This document shows positions 37,951 through 46,974 of a DNA stretch of 64,000 bases, piece by piece; within the stretch, counting starts at the first letter, position 1, and the number at the start of each line of letters is the position of its first letter. The position numbers and the translations under genes were made by a program. The DNA is from Verrucomicrobiota bacterium (GTDB lineage Bacteria > Verrucomicrobiota > Verrucomicrobiia > Opitutales > Cerasicoccaceae): positions 288,001 through 352,000 of the forward strand of contig JBCBUK010000001.1 in the NCBI GenBank assembly GCA_039818205.1, in the 5' to 3' direction. The notes under the pieces are model-generated. The model searched no databases. It was not told the DNA's origin and worked only from the letters and a program-made list of their open reading frames with translations.

Positions 37951-38628
37951 ATGAAACAAAGAATCGGAACAAAGGTCCTGGTTATCGGTGAGGACGCCGA
38001 AGTCCGCGGTCGCATGACAGAGACCCTATCCGCTGCCGGATTCGAAGTCGACGCCCTGGCCGAAGTCACGGGTGGACTCTACCGCGCCAGCGAACAGGCA
38101 TATGATGTAATCGTTTTTGATTTCATCGTGCCGGAAATTATCGGATCAGAAATGTTGCATGGTCTAAGAGAGCAATCCGTTGGCACCCCCATCCTCATGT
38201 CGCTGGCCCTCGGCGAACTCGATGAACGAATCGATGGGCTTGAAGACCAAGCCGACGATTTCATCACGAAGCCTTATAACGAACGTGAGTTCCTAACTAG
38301 AATTAGGACGCTCGCCCGCAGGACGCCAAGGTTTCTCGGCGATCGCCTCCAAATTGGGCGAGTAACCATCAAACTTCTTGAAAGCCGCATCGAACTGGAC
38401 GGGGAACCCGTTGAACTCACTGCTTCCCAATTTCGAATTGTTAGCTTCTTGGCCCGCCGATCCAACCGGATAGTGTCGCGCGCAGATTTAGCCGATGCGA
38501 TTTACGGATGCGACGAGGAGCGGCTATCCAATGTACTCGAAGTTCAAATCTATCATATCAGACGGAAACTCGGCAAAGACTTTGTGGTGAGTCGCCGCGG
38601 ACTTGGCTATACGATTCCCAACGGATAA
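37951..38628 (+). CDS. OmpR/PhoB family response regulator (orphan)
   Basis: Receiver (YDVIVFD, ADDFITKPY) and winged helix (VELTASQF, SNVLEVQIYHIRRKLG, RRGLGY). Confidence 0.9.
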   Translation: MKQRIGTKVLVIGEDAEVRGRMTETLSAAGFEVDALAEVTGGLYRASEQAYDVIVFDFIVPEIIGSEMLHGLREQSVGTPILMSLALGELDERIDGLEDQADDFITKPYNEREFLTRIRTLARRTPRFLGDRLQIGRVTIKLLESRIELDGEPVELTASQFRIVSFLARRSNRIVSRADLADAIYGCDEERLSNVLEVQIYHIRRKLGKDFVVSRRGLGYTIPNG

Positions 38629-38719
38629 GGAGCTCCGTTGCTGTTCGTCAGTATTCTGCCGGGCAGCAGTCGCCTGCGAACCACTACCCGGCAGATCAAT
38701 AGAACTGTGAATCAAGCGC

Positions 38720-41059
38720 CTATTTGGCGTAGGTATTAAGAAACGCGACGGATGTAATCAGTCCACCAGTCTCATCCACACGAAGCTCAATCTCGTTGGC
38801 ATTCTGGATCTGGTCGACCGGAACATTGATTTCGATCAGGTCGTAAAAACGTTTCATTCCCGTCGTGTGATCAAGCGAAACCTCGGTCGAAAAATCGCCG
38901 ACTTGAACTTCAAGGGGCGTTGAAAAACCCCCATTTTTTCCGATACCAACCCGCATAGTCGTGCTGATAAGATCGTCTTTCGGGCAGCTAAGTGAAACCT
39001 TAGTTTCCTCGCCCGTCGGTTGCATTACTTTGTCGCCATAGAAAAAGCGCTCATTGTGGGCCGCAACCGATTTCGGAGTCGAATCGAGCTTAATGTTAAC
39101 AATCGAGGTCTCGTCTACAGCCAATGGGATTGCCATAGCATCCGTTGGATGAAGGACAGTTTTCTCAACCAAATCACCACTGTCAAAATAGAGGCGGCGT
39201 TGTTCAATTGAAACAGGCGTTGCTCCACCGGTGATCAACTCGATGTCGAGCTCTACCCGTTGGTCGCTTAGGTTGTTTGCCGCGATACGGATATGGTCGC
39301 CATCAAGCAAGGTATGAACAACGAAATCGTCGCTATCAGTCGAGGTGACAACGCGCTTTCCTTGGTAGCCTTCCCACAAACGTAGAAAGCTCATCGTCAT
39401 TGTTGGTTCAAATGAACCGTCTGGATTCTTCACGTAGATACCGTAAGGGTCCGATGGGTCCCACCACATGTAGGGAAGCATATAGGGCACACATAGATCG
39501 AACTGGTGCGTCCGGTTCATGAACATCAGTTGCAAGGCATTGCAACTCTTCAAGCGAATCCAGAAGTCCATATCTTTCATTCCGCCATGAATCGCGCCAT
39601 ACTCCGAGATGACGAGAGGTCGGACATTGTCGTTAAGTAGCATGTGGTTTGCAGTGAGATCCAAAACTGCATCGCCGCGACCATGCAGGTAGGTCACACC
39701 GCCAATGTCGAATTGCTTTTTCGAGATCAGCCCCTTGCCTTCGTAGAAGTGGTGCGAATAGAAATCCAGATGCCCCTTCGTGTTATCCATAAACCGCAAC
39801 TGTTCGCGCGCGGTATTGAAGTTTCCGGCATCATACATCGGCCAGACACTGGTTGGTCCCCCGACTTTGATGTGGTCAAAATCCTCGTGAAGCCGGTCGG
39901 CCACTGCATTGTGGAAGTCGGCGAGCTCTTTCCAGCTATCGCAGCCTTTAACATCGTGAAACATCCACTCGTCCGAGATATCGGATTCGTTTTTCACCTC
40001 AATCCAGTCCGGCGTTCTTCCGCTGTACTTCTGCTGAGCTGCGAGCAGCTTTGAAGCGATATCAGCAGCGGCTTCGTAGTCATGCGGAGTTCCCTTGCTA
40101 TTGCGAACACCCTCAACCTTTGCCTCCATAAACGAGGGCCAGTTGTCGAAGCACATGGCGAACTTCAAGCCTGGCCAGTCTTTATCGATATCTTTGTAGG
40201 CATCAAAACCACGTTCAATTTCCGAACGGAAGAGGTCTGGGTTGTGATTGGTAAAGTAGTCAGGGTCGGCATAACCCGGCTTATTCGGATCTTCCTTTAA
40301 GAGTGGCTGTCCTTTCACGTAGCCGCCTTCGAGCCATGGGGCAAACTTGATGATCTGACGACCGGGATAGTACCCGTGCTGCTTGAATCCTTCCATTACC
40401 GGATCAGGATCGCGGCAAGGTTCCGTGTAGAGTCGGAAGAATTTCGTGACATCGAGCTCGCAGATACCTTCAATGGATCGGAGCGTCGTCGCATCGATGG
40501 TGAGCTTGATCGGCTTGATCGGTTTGTCCGCGCCCAGCGTCGTGTATGGCGAATCGTCAAATATCGGTGAGATACCATTGCTATTCACGAGTTCAATTCT
40601 ACCAACGGTAGCCGATCCTTCGAGAACCAGGAAGTATCCCTCGGTGACGGTGGGGTCGATCTTCAGGTTATGAGCATGGAGTACGATCATGCTGTCATTA
40701 GACCACCAACGCTCCATCTCTCCCTCGTATGTCGGAGTGATCTGCTCGGCGTAGAGCGTTCCCGTGTTCTGGCCATGGATATTGATTTGCCGAAACAAAG
40801 ACCAAATGGGGATCAAGTCCGCGGGAATCGGTATCTTCTTCTTTCCATCAATTATGCCAACATTCTCGGCAATCGTAATGCTGTACAAAAAATCCTCTTT
40901 GACGTTCACCTGCATACGAATCTCGTGCGGAAACTTCTTGGCCGTTTCAAAGGCAAGCTTCAACTTTTCCTTGGCCCGAACAGCCTCCTCAGGCAGTTCC
41001 GCCATCGTTAGAGTCCCTGCACAAAAGCAGAGCATCGTCAGAATGTGTTTTAGTCTCAT
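38720..41059 (-). CDS. GH86-type beta-porphyranase/beta-agarase, secreted
   Basis: ELDVTKFFRLY, WIEVKNE (acid/base), KVGGPT, LDFYSHHFY, VISEYG (nucleophile), C-terminal beta-sandwich domains; signal peptide; four tandem ATGs at 41068-41057. Confidence 0.78.
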   Translation of the reverse strand: MRLKHILTMLCFCAGTLTMAELPEEAVRAKEKLKLAFETAKKFPHEIRMQVNVKEDFLYSITIAENVGIIDGKKKIPIPADLIPIWSLFRQINIHGQNTGTLYAEQITPTYEGEMERWWSNDSMIVLHAHNLKIDPTVTEGYFLVLEGSATVGRIELVNSNGISPIFDDSPYTTLGADKPIKPIKLTIDATTLRSIEGICELDVTKFFRLYTEPCRDPDPVMEGFKQHGYYPGRQIIKFAPWLEGGYVKGQPLLKEDPNKPGYADPDYFTNHNPDLFRSEIERGFDAYKDIDKDWPGLKFAMCFDNWPSFMEAKVEGVRNSKGTPHDYEAAADIASKLLAAQQKYSGRTPDWIEVKNESDISDEWMFHDVKGCDSWKELADFHNAVADRLHEDFDHIKVGGPTSVWPMYDAGNFNTAREQLRFMDNTKGHLDFYSHHFYEGKGLISKKQFDIGGVTYLHGRGDAVLDLTANHMLLNDNVRPLVISEYGAIHGGMKDMDFWIRLKSCNALQLMFMNRTHQFDLCVPYMLPYMWWDPSDPYGIYVKNPDGSFEPTMTMSFLRLWEGYQGKRVVTSTDSDDFVVHTLLDGDHIRIAANNLSDQRVELDIELITGGATPVSIEQRRLYFDSGDLVEKTVLHPTDAMAIPLAVDETSIVNIKLDSTPKSVAAHNERFFYGDKVMQPTGEETKVSLSCPKDDLISTTMRVGIGKNGGFSTPLEVQVGDFSTEVSLDHTTGMKRFYDLIEINVPVDQIQNANEIELRVDETGGLITSVAFLNTYAK

Positions 41060-41283
41060 CATCATCATTATTGGGTTAGTCAGTCGTCTACTAGGGGGGA
41101 CGATATGCATCGCTACTACCATCATCGCTCAAGATTCTTGCCGATTGAGTGGTATGATTTACATCCAACCAGCTTTACTCGTAGAAAGGAACCAAATCAT
41201 ACATATCTTTTGACAGATGTTTGCTTTGTTTCCAAACTTACGACCCACCATACCGATGTGCCTACAGCGATGGCCCAAAGCGA

Positions 41284-42660
41284 CTAACCTCCGATGGACT
41301 CGAGAAGCGTTGGATATACATCAGTCGCAGACATCGGTTCGGAATCACCTACGAGCCCTTCCCCTATTAGAACCGGCCAGTCCATTGCGTCTTCCGGCAC
41401 GCGACCGTGAGAGCCTTTGACTAAACTAGCATCCAACGGAATGACATCCATGAGCGAGCGTAGGCCGAGTTTCTTCTTCAGCAAACGACTAGCGATTTGC
41501 AACTTTGGAAACTTTAGCTTGGGATCCACAAAGAGCTCCACTGGGTCATAGCCAATCTTTCGATGGATATCGACACACCTTGCAAAATCTGGTGCAACTG
41601 AATCTTCGAGCCAATAGTAATAGGTAAACCAACTTCGGGCATCGGCAACCGCGATCAGATCACCCGATCGCTCGTGATCAATGCCCCAGTGTTCTTTCTC
41701 CGGCTTCGCCAATACCTGACCTACGCCAACGGTTTGCTGAAGTAACTGATGCACATCATGCAAGATCTCTGAATCGTTGACGTAAATGTGCGCGACTTGG
41801 TGGTCAGCAATTGCAAAAGCCTGGCTCGCCCCACAATCAATCTGCTCAAGACCAAGTTCTTCCTTGATTTGAATCCAACCTTGCTCCCGGAAAAGACGGT
41901 TGAGGTGCACGGGTTGATCAACCTCCGTAATGCCGTACTCAGATAGCAAGATCACTTGAACCCCTCGTGATTTGTAAAAGTCAATCAAGCGCCCAACAAC
42001 GCGATCAATATCTTCCAAATCCTGATGAACACTCGGGTGATTCGGACCGAGGCGCTGAAAATTGTAATCGAGATGCGGTAGGTATACTAGATTCAGATCA
42101 GGTGTATGCTTCTCCTCCACCCATTCGGCGGAACGGGCGATCCATTCAGAAGACTTGATTCCCGCAAGTGGTCCCCAGAAAAACGGAAACGGAAACTCAC
42201 CGAGATCCGCTTTGATAGCTTCCCGCAAATCCATGGGTTGCGTGTATATGTCAAACACCTTGCGTCCATCAGCCGGGTACATCGGACGTGGCGTGATCGA
42301 GTAGTCGACCGACGCATACATATTATACCACCAAAACAACTTGGCACAGGTGAACTCTGGCGTCCTCTCGCTAAGGGCATCCCAGATCTTCGGTTGCGTG
42401 ATGATGTGATTCGATTGCTTCCAAAACCGGTGTTCGGCGTAGGTACGATCATACCACCCGTTGGCAACGATTCCATGATCGCGTGGAAGCGTCCCAGTCA
42501 AGTAAGTTGATTGGGCTGTGCAGGTCACGGCTGGAAACGCCGGTTTGATGCCTTTGCACGCACGCCCCTCTGCGAACTGGCGGATATTTGGGGTATGGGC
42601 ACCAATCAACGAGCGGGTTAACCCGACGACATTGATGACAGCTGTACGGGCAAGAGACAT
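41284..42660 (-). CDS. eboF: EboF-type alkaline phosphatase/nucleotide pyrophosphatase family protein
   Basis: VINVVGL, FPAVTCTAQST, HGIVANGW, LFWW, VYLPHLDY, LSEYGI, DHQVAHIY, DIHRKIGYDPVELF, VKGSHG; ebo context. Confidence 0.88.
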   Translation of the reverse strand: MSLARTAVINVVGLTRSLIGAHTPNIRQFAEGRACKGIKPAFPAVTCTAQSTYLTGTLPRDHGIVANGWYDRTYAEHRFWKQSNHIITQPKIWDALSERTPEFTCAKLFWWYNMYASVDYSITPRPMYPADGRKVFDIYTQPMDLREAIKADLGEFPFPFFWGPLAGIKSSEWIARSAEWVEEKHTPDLNLVYLPHLDYNFQRLGPNHPSVHQDLEDIDRVVGRLIDFYKSRGVQVILLSEYGITEVDQPVHLNRLFREQGWIQIKEELGLEQIDCGASQAFAIADHQVAHIYVNDSEILHDVHQLLQQTVGVGQVLAKPEKEHWGIDHERSGDLIAVADARSWFTYYYWLEDSVAPDFARCVDIHRKIGYDPVELFVDPKLKFPKLQIASRLLKKKLGLRSLMDVIPLDASLVKGSHGRVPEDAMDWPVLIGEGLVGDSEPMSATDVYPTLLESIGG

Positions 42661-43829
42661 TATGACTTTCGGCGACCAAGTTCTTCGACGCAGCTCAAAA
42701 CAAGGTTGGAGTCCATTTCATTAACCTCGACTTGGCGGCCAATGTCTTCGAGGAGCGGAATCGTCAACTTGCCACCAAGGTGTTCGCGAAATTCTTCAAG
42801 GCCTAGCAATATAGCCGACCAACCCTGCTGGTTGCTCTGAGAAAGTAGTTCGTCGAATGTCGGGAAGCCAAGGCGCTCAATTAATTGAATGATTCGCTCA
42901 AACTGCGCTTCACCTAGCAGGCCAACCCTCACGGAATAGAGCGAGTCGAGCGAAATCCCGATCGCGACTGCCTCGCCGTGACTCAGGGAGAAGTCGCTGA
43001 TGACCTCGAGTTTGTGAGCTGCCCAATGGCCAAAGTCCAGTGGTCGAGATGAGGTCAATTCAAACGGATCACCACTGGTCGCGATATGGTTGATGTGGTG
43101 TTTCGCCGAGGCTTCCACAACCTCTTGGACAATATCTGGATCTCGCTGAACCAACCCTTCAGCATTCTGTTCGATCCAGTCAAAAAGAACCCGATCCCGG
43201 ATCAGCGCGACCTTTACGGCCTCAATATAACCATCGCGTAACTGTCGAAACGGAAGCGTTTCCAGGAAGGCGGAATCATTGATCACCGCATCGGGTGGCA
43301 AAAATGATCCGATGAAATTTTTCTTACCCAGGAAGTTGACCCCGTTCTTAACCCCGCAACCACCGTCGCCTTGGCTAAGTGACGTTGTAGGCATTCGAAG
43401 GTGGCGAATGCCACGGTGGGCGGTTGCCGCGACAAACCCAACCAAGTCAAGCAACGCGCCTCCACCAATCGCTACAATACATGAATGGCGGCACAACTTG
43501 TGATCATCAACACAGCGGTACAACTGATCGAGCAGCTCGGGCGAATTCTTTAAGCCCTCGCCCCCTGGTAATACGAGACACCCAGTGAGCTGTATACTGC
43601 TTTCCCGCTCACTTAGGTAAGAGCGAATCTGGTCGCCAAGCGATGTCTCCTGACCATCGACCGAGGCATCTACCACGACAAACACCCGGGGCCTATCGTT
43701 GTGACACATCTCACAGATTAATTTCTCGAAAAGCGGGTTCTCCGGAGAGAATGAACCGCGGGTAAAATGGACTTGATGCCGGTAGCGAATGGGCAATTCC
43801 ACGTCGAAAGTGCGGTTACTATTGGACAT
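42660..43829 (-). CDS. eboD: EboD-type 3-dehydroquinate synthase-like sugar phosphate cyclase
   Basis: GGGALLD, AHRGIR, PTT...D...GVKNGVN, KVALI, PLDFGHWAAHKLE, HGEAV; start ATG 43829 overlaps the eboC stop (TGATG). Confidence 0.88.
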   Translation of the reverse strand: MSNSNRTFDVELPIRYRHQVHFTRGSFSPENPLFEKLICEMCHNDRPRVFVVVDASVDGQETSLGDQIRSYLSERESSIQLTGCLVLPGGEGLKNSPELLDQLYRCVDDHKLCRHSCIVAIGGGALLDLVGFVAATAHRGIRHLRMPTTSLSQGDGGCGVKNGVNFLGKKNFIGSFLPPDAVINDSAFLETLPFRQLRDGYIEAVKVALIRDRVLFDWIEQNAEGLVQRDPDIVQEVVEASAKHHINHIATSGDPFELTSSRPLDFGHWAAHKLEVISDFSLSHGEAVAIGISLDSLYSVRVGLLGEAQFERIIQLIERLGFPTFDELLSQSNQQGWSAILLGLEEFREHLGGKLTIPLLEDIGRQVEVNEMDSNLVLSCVEELGRRKS

Positions 43830-44686
43830 CAGGTTGAAGGGATTTTCGTTTGGAACATTAGGGTCGTGATAAACAACAGACCAAAAATCGCTACCATGGG
43901 CAAGCCTAGCCATAGGCTCGACGCAACCATCAAGAGGTCCAAACAGATCATGCCCGCGATCAGGTTCTTTATCGTAAAGTCGACGTTTGGTGGTCGCCGG
44001 AAAGCACCACTTAAGCTGAAGGCACTCCAGGCGAGAAACGCCGCTAGCGCAAAAAGTGCTACCCCATTCGGTGTCTCCCATAGCAGGGCAATCCAATAGA
44101 CCGCTGGAGCAACGATGACGATTCCCGCAGTGATCAGTAGGCGCTTTGGGTTGCCTACTCCTCGCGCAACAAAGCTTAGACCCGCTGTGTAGCAAAACGA
44201 TGAAACCGCGGCAACCCACACGATCAACGGTACGCCGCCGCTCACCAAGGTAGCGGCCCAAGGAAAAATAAGCGCACGGCAAGCTGCCATAGTAAACGGA
44301 CTCCACGGGACCCCCTTGTGATGCAAATCATAGGCGATAATAAAGCCTAATAGCAGCAAGGTCCATCCGATCGATTGAATATCCACGATCAAGCAAATCC
44401 CAAGACCGACTATGAAATATCCTACCACCCAAAGCAGGACTGCTTTTCTCGAAATCAGCCCGGATGGTATCGGGCGCTCAATCCGATGAACCGCATCGAA
44501 ACTAACGTCCCGCCAATCGTTCAAATACATCCCGCCAGTATAAAACAAACTAACCGCAATAAGTGCGGGCAACAGGATCGCATAGTCCATTTCACCAACC
44601 AACAGGAAAGCGCACAAAACGTTGGACCACGTGGTGGCCAGATTGGAGGCCCGCGCCAAAGTCAAATGCGTACGGATTCCCTTCAT
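43829..44686 (-). CDS. eboC: EboC-type UbiA family prenyltransferase
   Basis: LARASNL, GGMYLNDWRD...D...RPIPSG, YDLHHK, MAACR; multiple TM helices. Confidence 0.88.
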   Translation of the reverse strand: MKGIRTHLTLARASNLATTWSNVLCAFLLVGEMDYAILLPALIAVSLFYTGGMYLNDWRDVSFDAVHRIERPIPSGLISRKAVLLWVVGYFIVGLGICLIVDIQSIGWTLLLLGFIIAYDLHHKGVPWSPFTMAACRALIFPWAATLVSGGVPLIVWVAAVSSFCYTAGLSFVARGVGNPKRLLITAGIVIVAPAVYWIALLWETPNGVALFALAAFLAWSAFSLSGAFRRPPNVDFTIKNLIAGMICLDLLMVASSLWLGLPMVAIFGLLFITTLMFQTKIPST

Positions 44687-44691
44687 AGACT

Positions 44692-45870
44692 TTAAGTCGG
44701 AACTTGTTCGCAATCCGATTCAAATGCCTTCAGGCACCAGTCGTATTCATTGACCAACTGATCAACAACCGAGGCTGCTCGCATGTGTTCTGGTAGCACC
44801 TCCCATGTATAGGTCTCAAATTCAAAATGTTGGCAGAGGCTTGGGTGATTCTGGCAGTAGGCAATCGTATCTTTCAGGTGCTCGGAGGTCGTCCCAAGAA
44901 ATTTTTCGGGCTTTGTATACAAGGGAATGTGAAAGTGAATGCGCCACTCATCGTTTGGATCGATCAAACACGCCTCGGCATCCAAAGCCAAGTCCAGGTC
45001 TTGCCAACGCATCAACTGGCCATCAGCCCGTCGGGAAACGACCTGATGAAGGTATACTGGGTCCACGAACTCCTGGAGCCGCCGCAATACCTCGATGCTT
45101 GGGCGCACGGCTAGCGCTGAACTCAAGTGGATCTTACTAATCCGGATCTCGTTGTCGGCGAGCGCGGCGAGGCTCTCGGTCGCATCCTCGAACTGAATCG
45201 CCATGTGGCAGGTATCGTAGTTCACGCCGATTCTCCGTTCGATCACCGTTCGATCAGGTGCGAAGTTTCGAAGCGTGTCGAAGAAGGCAATGGTTTCCTC
45301 AGTCGTTTCAAAGTACCCGAATGGCTCAGGCTCCAGGCCAAGATGCAGATCAACTCCATGCTCCCTGCTTAGGTCTTCAATGGTTTGCGCACAAGCAACG
45401 AGGTTTGCACACATCCGCTCAACCGGTCTATCGCCAGAAATAAAGGGTTTAAACGATCCGGGTAAGGTGCTGACACTTCCACTAGCGCCGGTCGGTAGTA
45501 GTTGTACCAATATGCGAAACAACTGCTGAGTATACTCAAGGCGTTCTTGCGTCTGCCAATCTGGTTTATAGACGTTTTCTTTTACGCGGGTACCGTGAAA
45601 ACTGCCATAAGGGAATCCGTTGATCGTGAAAACATAACAATTGTTCTGATCGAGCCATTGGCGAAACGCTGCGATTCGCCGCGGATCACTCAACTCCTCG
45701 GCAGCAACATGGCTCAACCGTAGCCCGATGCCAAAGGGCGAATCGCCCGGACACACTTTTTTTCGAACCGCCAAGGTATGGGTATCCAAGCTCGCGAAGG
45801 TCTCCGCCCAATTATCCCCTCGATGGATATTTGTTGAATACCCAAGGTGCGCTCGCTCAAGTAACTTCAT
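44692..45870 (-). CDS. eboE: EboE metabolite traffic protein (xylose isomerase-like TIM barrel)
   Basis: YSTNIH, FGIGLRL, TINGFPYGSFH...VKENVY-PDW, LEPEP, YDTCH, KIHLSSAL, YLHQV, WRIHFHIP, EFETYTW. Confidence 0.93.
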   Translation of the reverse strand: MKLLERAHLGYSTNIHRGDNWAETFASLDTHTLAVRKKVCPGDSPFGIGLRLSHVAAEELSDPRRIAAFRQWLDQNNCYVFTINGFPYGSFHGTRVKENVYKPDWQTQERLEYTQQLFRILVQLLPTGASGSVSTLPGSFKPFISGDRPVERMCANLVACAQTIEDLSREHGVDLHLGLEPEPFGYFETTEETIAFFDTLRNFAPDRTVIERRIGVNYDTCHMAIQFEDATESLAALADNEIRISKIHLSSALAVRPSIEVLRRLQEFVDPVYLHQVVSRRADGQLMRWQDLDLALDAEACLIDPNDEWRIHFHIPLYTKPEKFLGTTSEHLKDTIAYCQNHPSLCQHFEFETYTWEVLPEHMRAASVVDQLVNEYDWCLKAFESDCEQVPT

Positions 45871-45873
45871 GGC

Positions 45874-46686
45874 CTAATCTAGTTCGAGGCGGAAATTCGG
45901 GCACTGACGCAAGAATCGAACCGGGTTCTGATATACAAAGCGGTCAATCGCGCCGTCGTCAAATCCGCGCTTTCGGAGTTCCAAGATCGCCTTCGGCAAT
46001 GACAAGGGATCACTAACTCCCCAATCGCAGGCGGAATTCATCCAAATACGATCAGTGGAGCCAAAGTGCTCAAGCATGTCCACCGCCCGCGGTGGCGTGC
46101 ACTTTGATTCCGGGTATAGCGTGATACCTGCCCAAAACCCGAGGTCTAAAACCATTTTGACCGTATGCTCTTCTACATGATCGATCAGCACTCGGTTTGG
46201 CTCGATTCCCGGAAACTGCCCGAGAATATCGACAATCAATTTTGTGCCCTTGCGCTTGTCTTCAAGGTGCGGCGTGTGGATCAGGATCAATTGATTATGA
46301 TCGATCGCGAACTGAACCTGCTCCTCAAAAATTGTAACCTCATTCTTGGAGTTTTTGTTCAGACCAATTTCCCCGATACCGAGCACATTCTTGTGGTGTA
46401 TGAATTCGGGGATAAGACCAATAACCTCACGGGCAAAACCAACGTCCTCTGCTTCCTTCGGATTGATGCAGAGCCAACAATAGTGTTCGATGTGAAAGCG
46501 CGCGGCACGCTTTGGTTCATACTCCGTAAGCTGGCGGTAGTAGTCATAAAATCCAGCGGCCGAACTGCGATCGAATCCTGCCCAAAAGGCCGGTTCGCAG
46601 ATGGCCCGACAACCTGCAATTGACAGGGCTTGATAGTCATCCATTGTCCGGCTGACCATGTGGGCATGCGGTTCAATATAGCGCAT
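45874..46686 (-). CDS. eboB: EboB-type TatD family hydrolase
   Basis: EPHAHMVSRT-DDY, EPAFWAG, INPKEA, IGEIGL, IHTPH...K, IDHVEE, SACDWG-SDPL. Confidence 0.88.
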   Translation of the reverse strand: MRYIEPHAHMVSRTMDDYQALSIAGCRAICEPAFWAGFDRSSAAGFYDYYRQLTEYEPKRAARFHIEHYCWLCINPKEAEDVGFAREVIGLIPEFIHHKNVLGIGEIGLNKNSKNEVTIFEEQVQFAIDHNQLILIHTPHLEDKRKGTKLIVDILGQFPGIEPNRVLIDHVEEHTVKMVLDLGFWAGITLYPESKCTPPRAVDMLEHFGSTDRIWMNSACDWGVSDPLSLPKAILELRKRGFDDGAIDRFVYQNPVRFLRQCPNFRLELD

Positions 46687-46690
46687 CTGA

Positions 46691-46954
46691 CTAAGCTTTC
46701 TTATAAGCGCCCAAGGCGGGTCCGAGTGTCGCTTCGGCGAGCGGCTCTTCGCTCATATCGCTGAAGGCGTTCAGAATCGACTCGGCGCGACTCTCTTTGC
46801 TCAAACATGCCAGGGCCTCTTGGAACGCGACATATCGGAAGTCGTCGGTCTGCCCTGCCCGCTCAACGCGGTCCATGAACGCGGCGATATCAATGAGCTT
46901 GGACCGGGCGTCCATGAAATACAAATCTACTAACTGATGATTACTCTTGGCCAT
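46691..46954 (-). CDS. Small hypothetical protein in the ebo operon
   Basis: 87-aa ORF closely spaced between co-oriented operon genes (20-nt and 4-nt gaps); YFMDARSKLIDIAAFMDRVER. Confidence 0.75.
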   Translation of the reverse strand: MAKSNHQLVDLYFMDARSKLIDIAAFMDRVERAGQTDDFRYVAFQEALACLSKESRAESILNAFSDMSEEPLAEATLGPALGAYKKA

Positions 46955-46974
46955 TTAACTAAGGGGTTATGGCA

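Noticed and set aside
42660..43829. Calling this gene housekeeping aroB
   Set aside because: DFGHWAAHKLE and AHRGIR motifs plus the eboB/C/E/F context indicate the EboD subfamily.
43830..44306. N-terminal 159-aa extension of the 548-aa eboD ORF in the track
   Set aside because: It overlaps eboC in another frame; the real start is ATG 43829, coupled to the eboC stop (TGATG).
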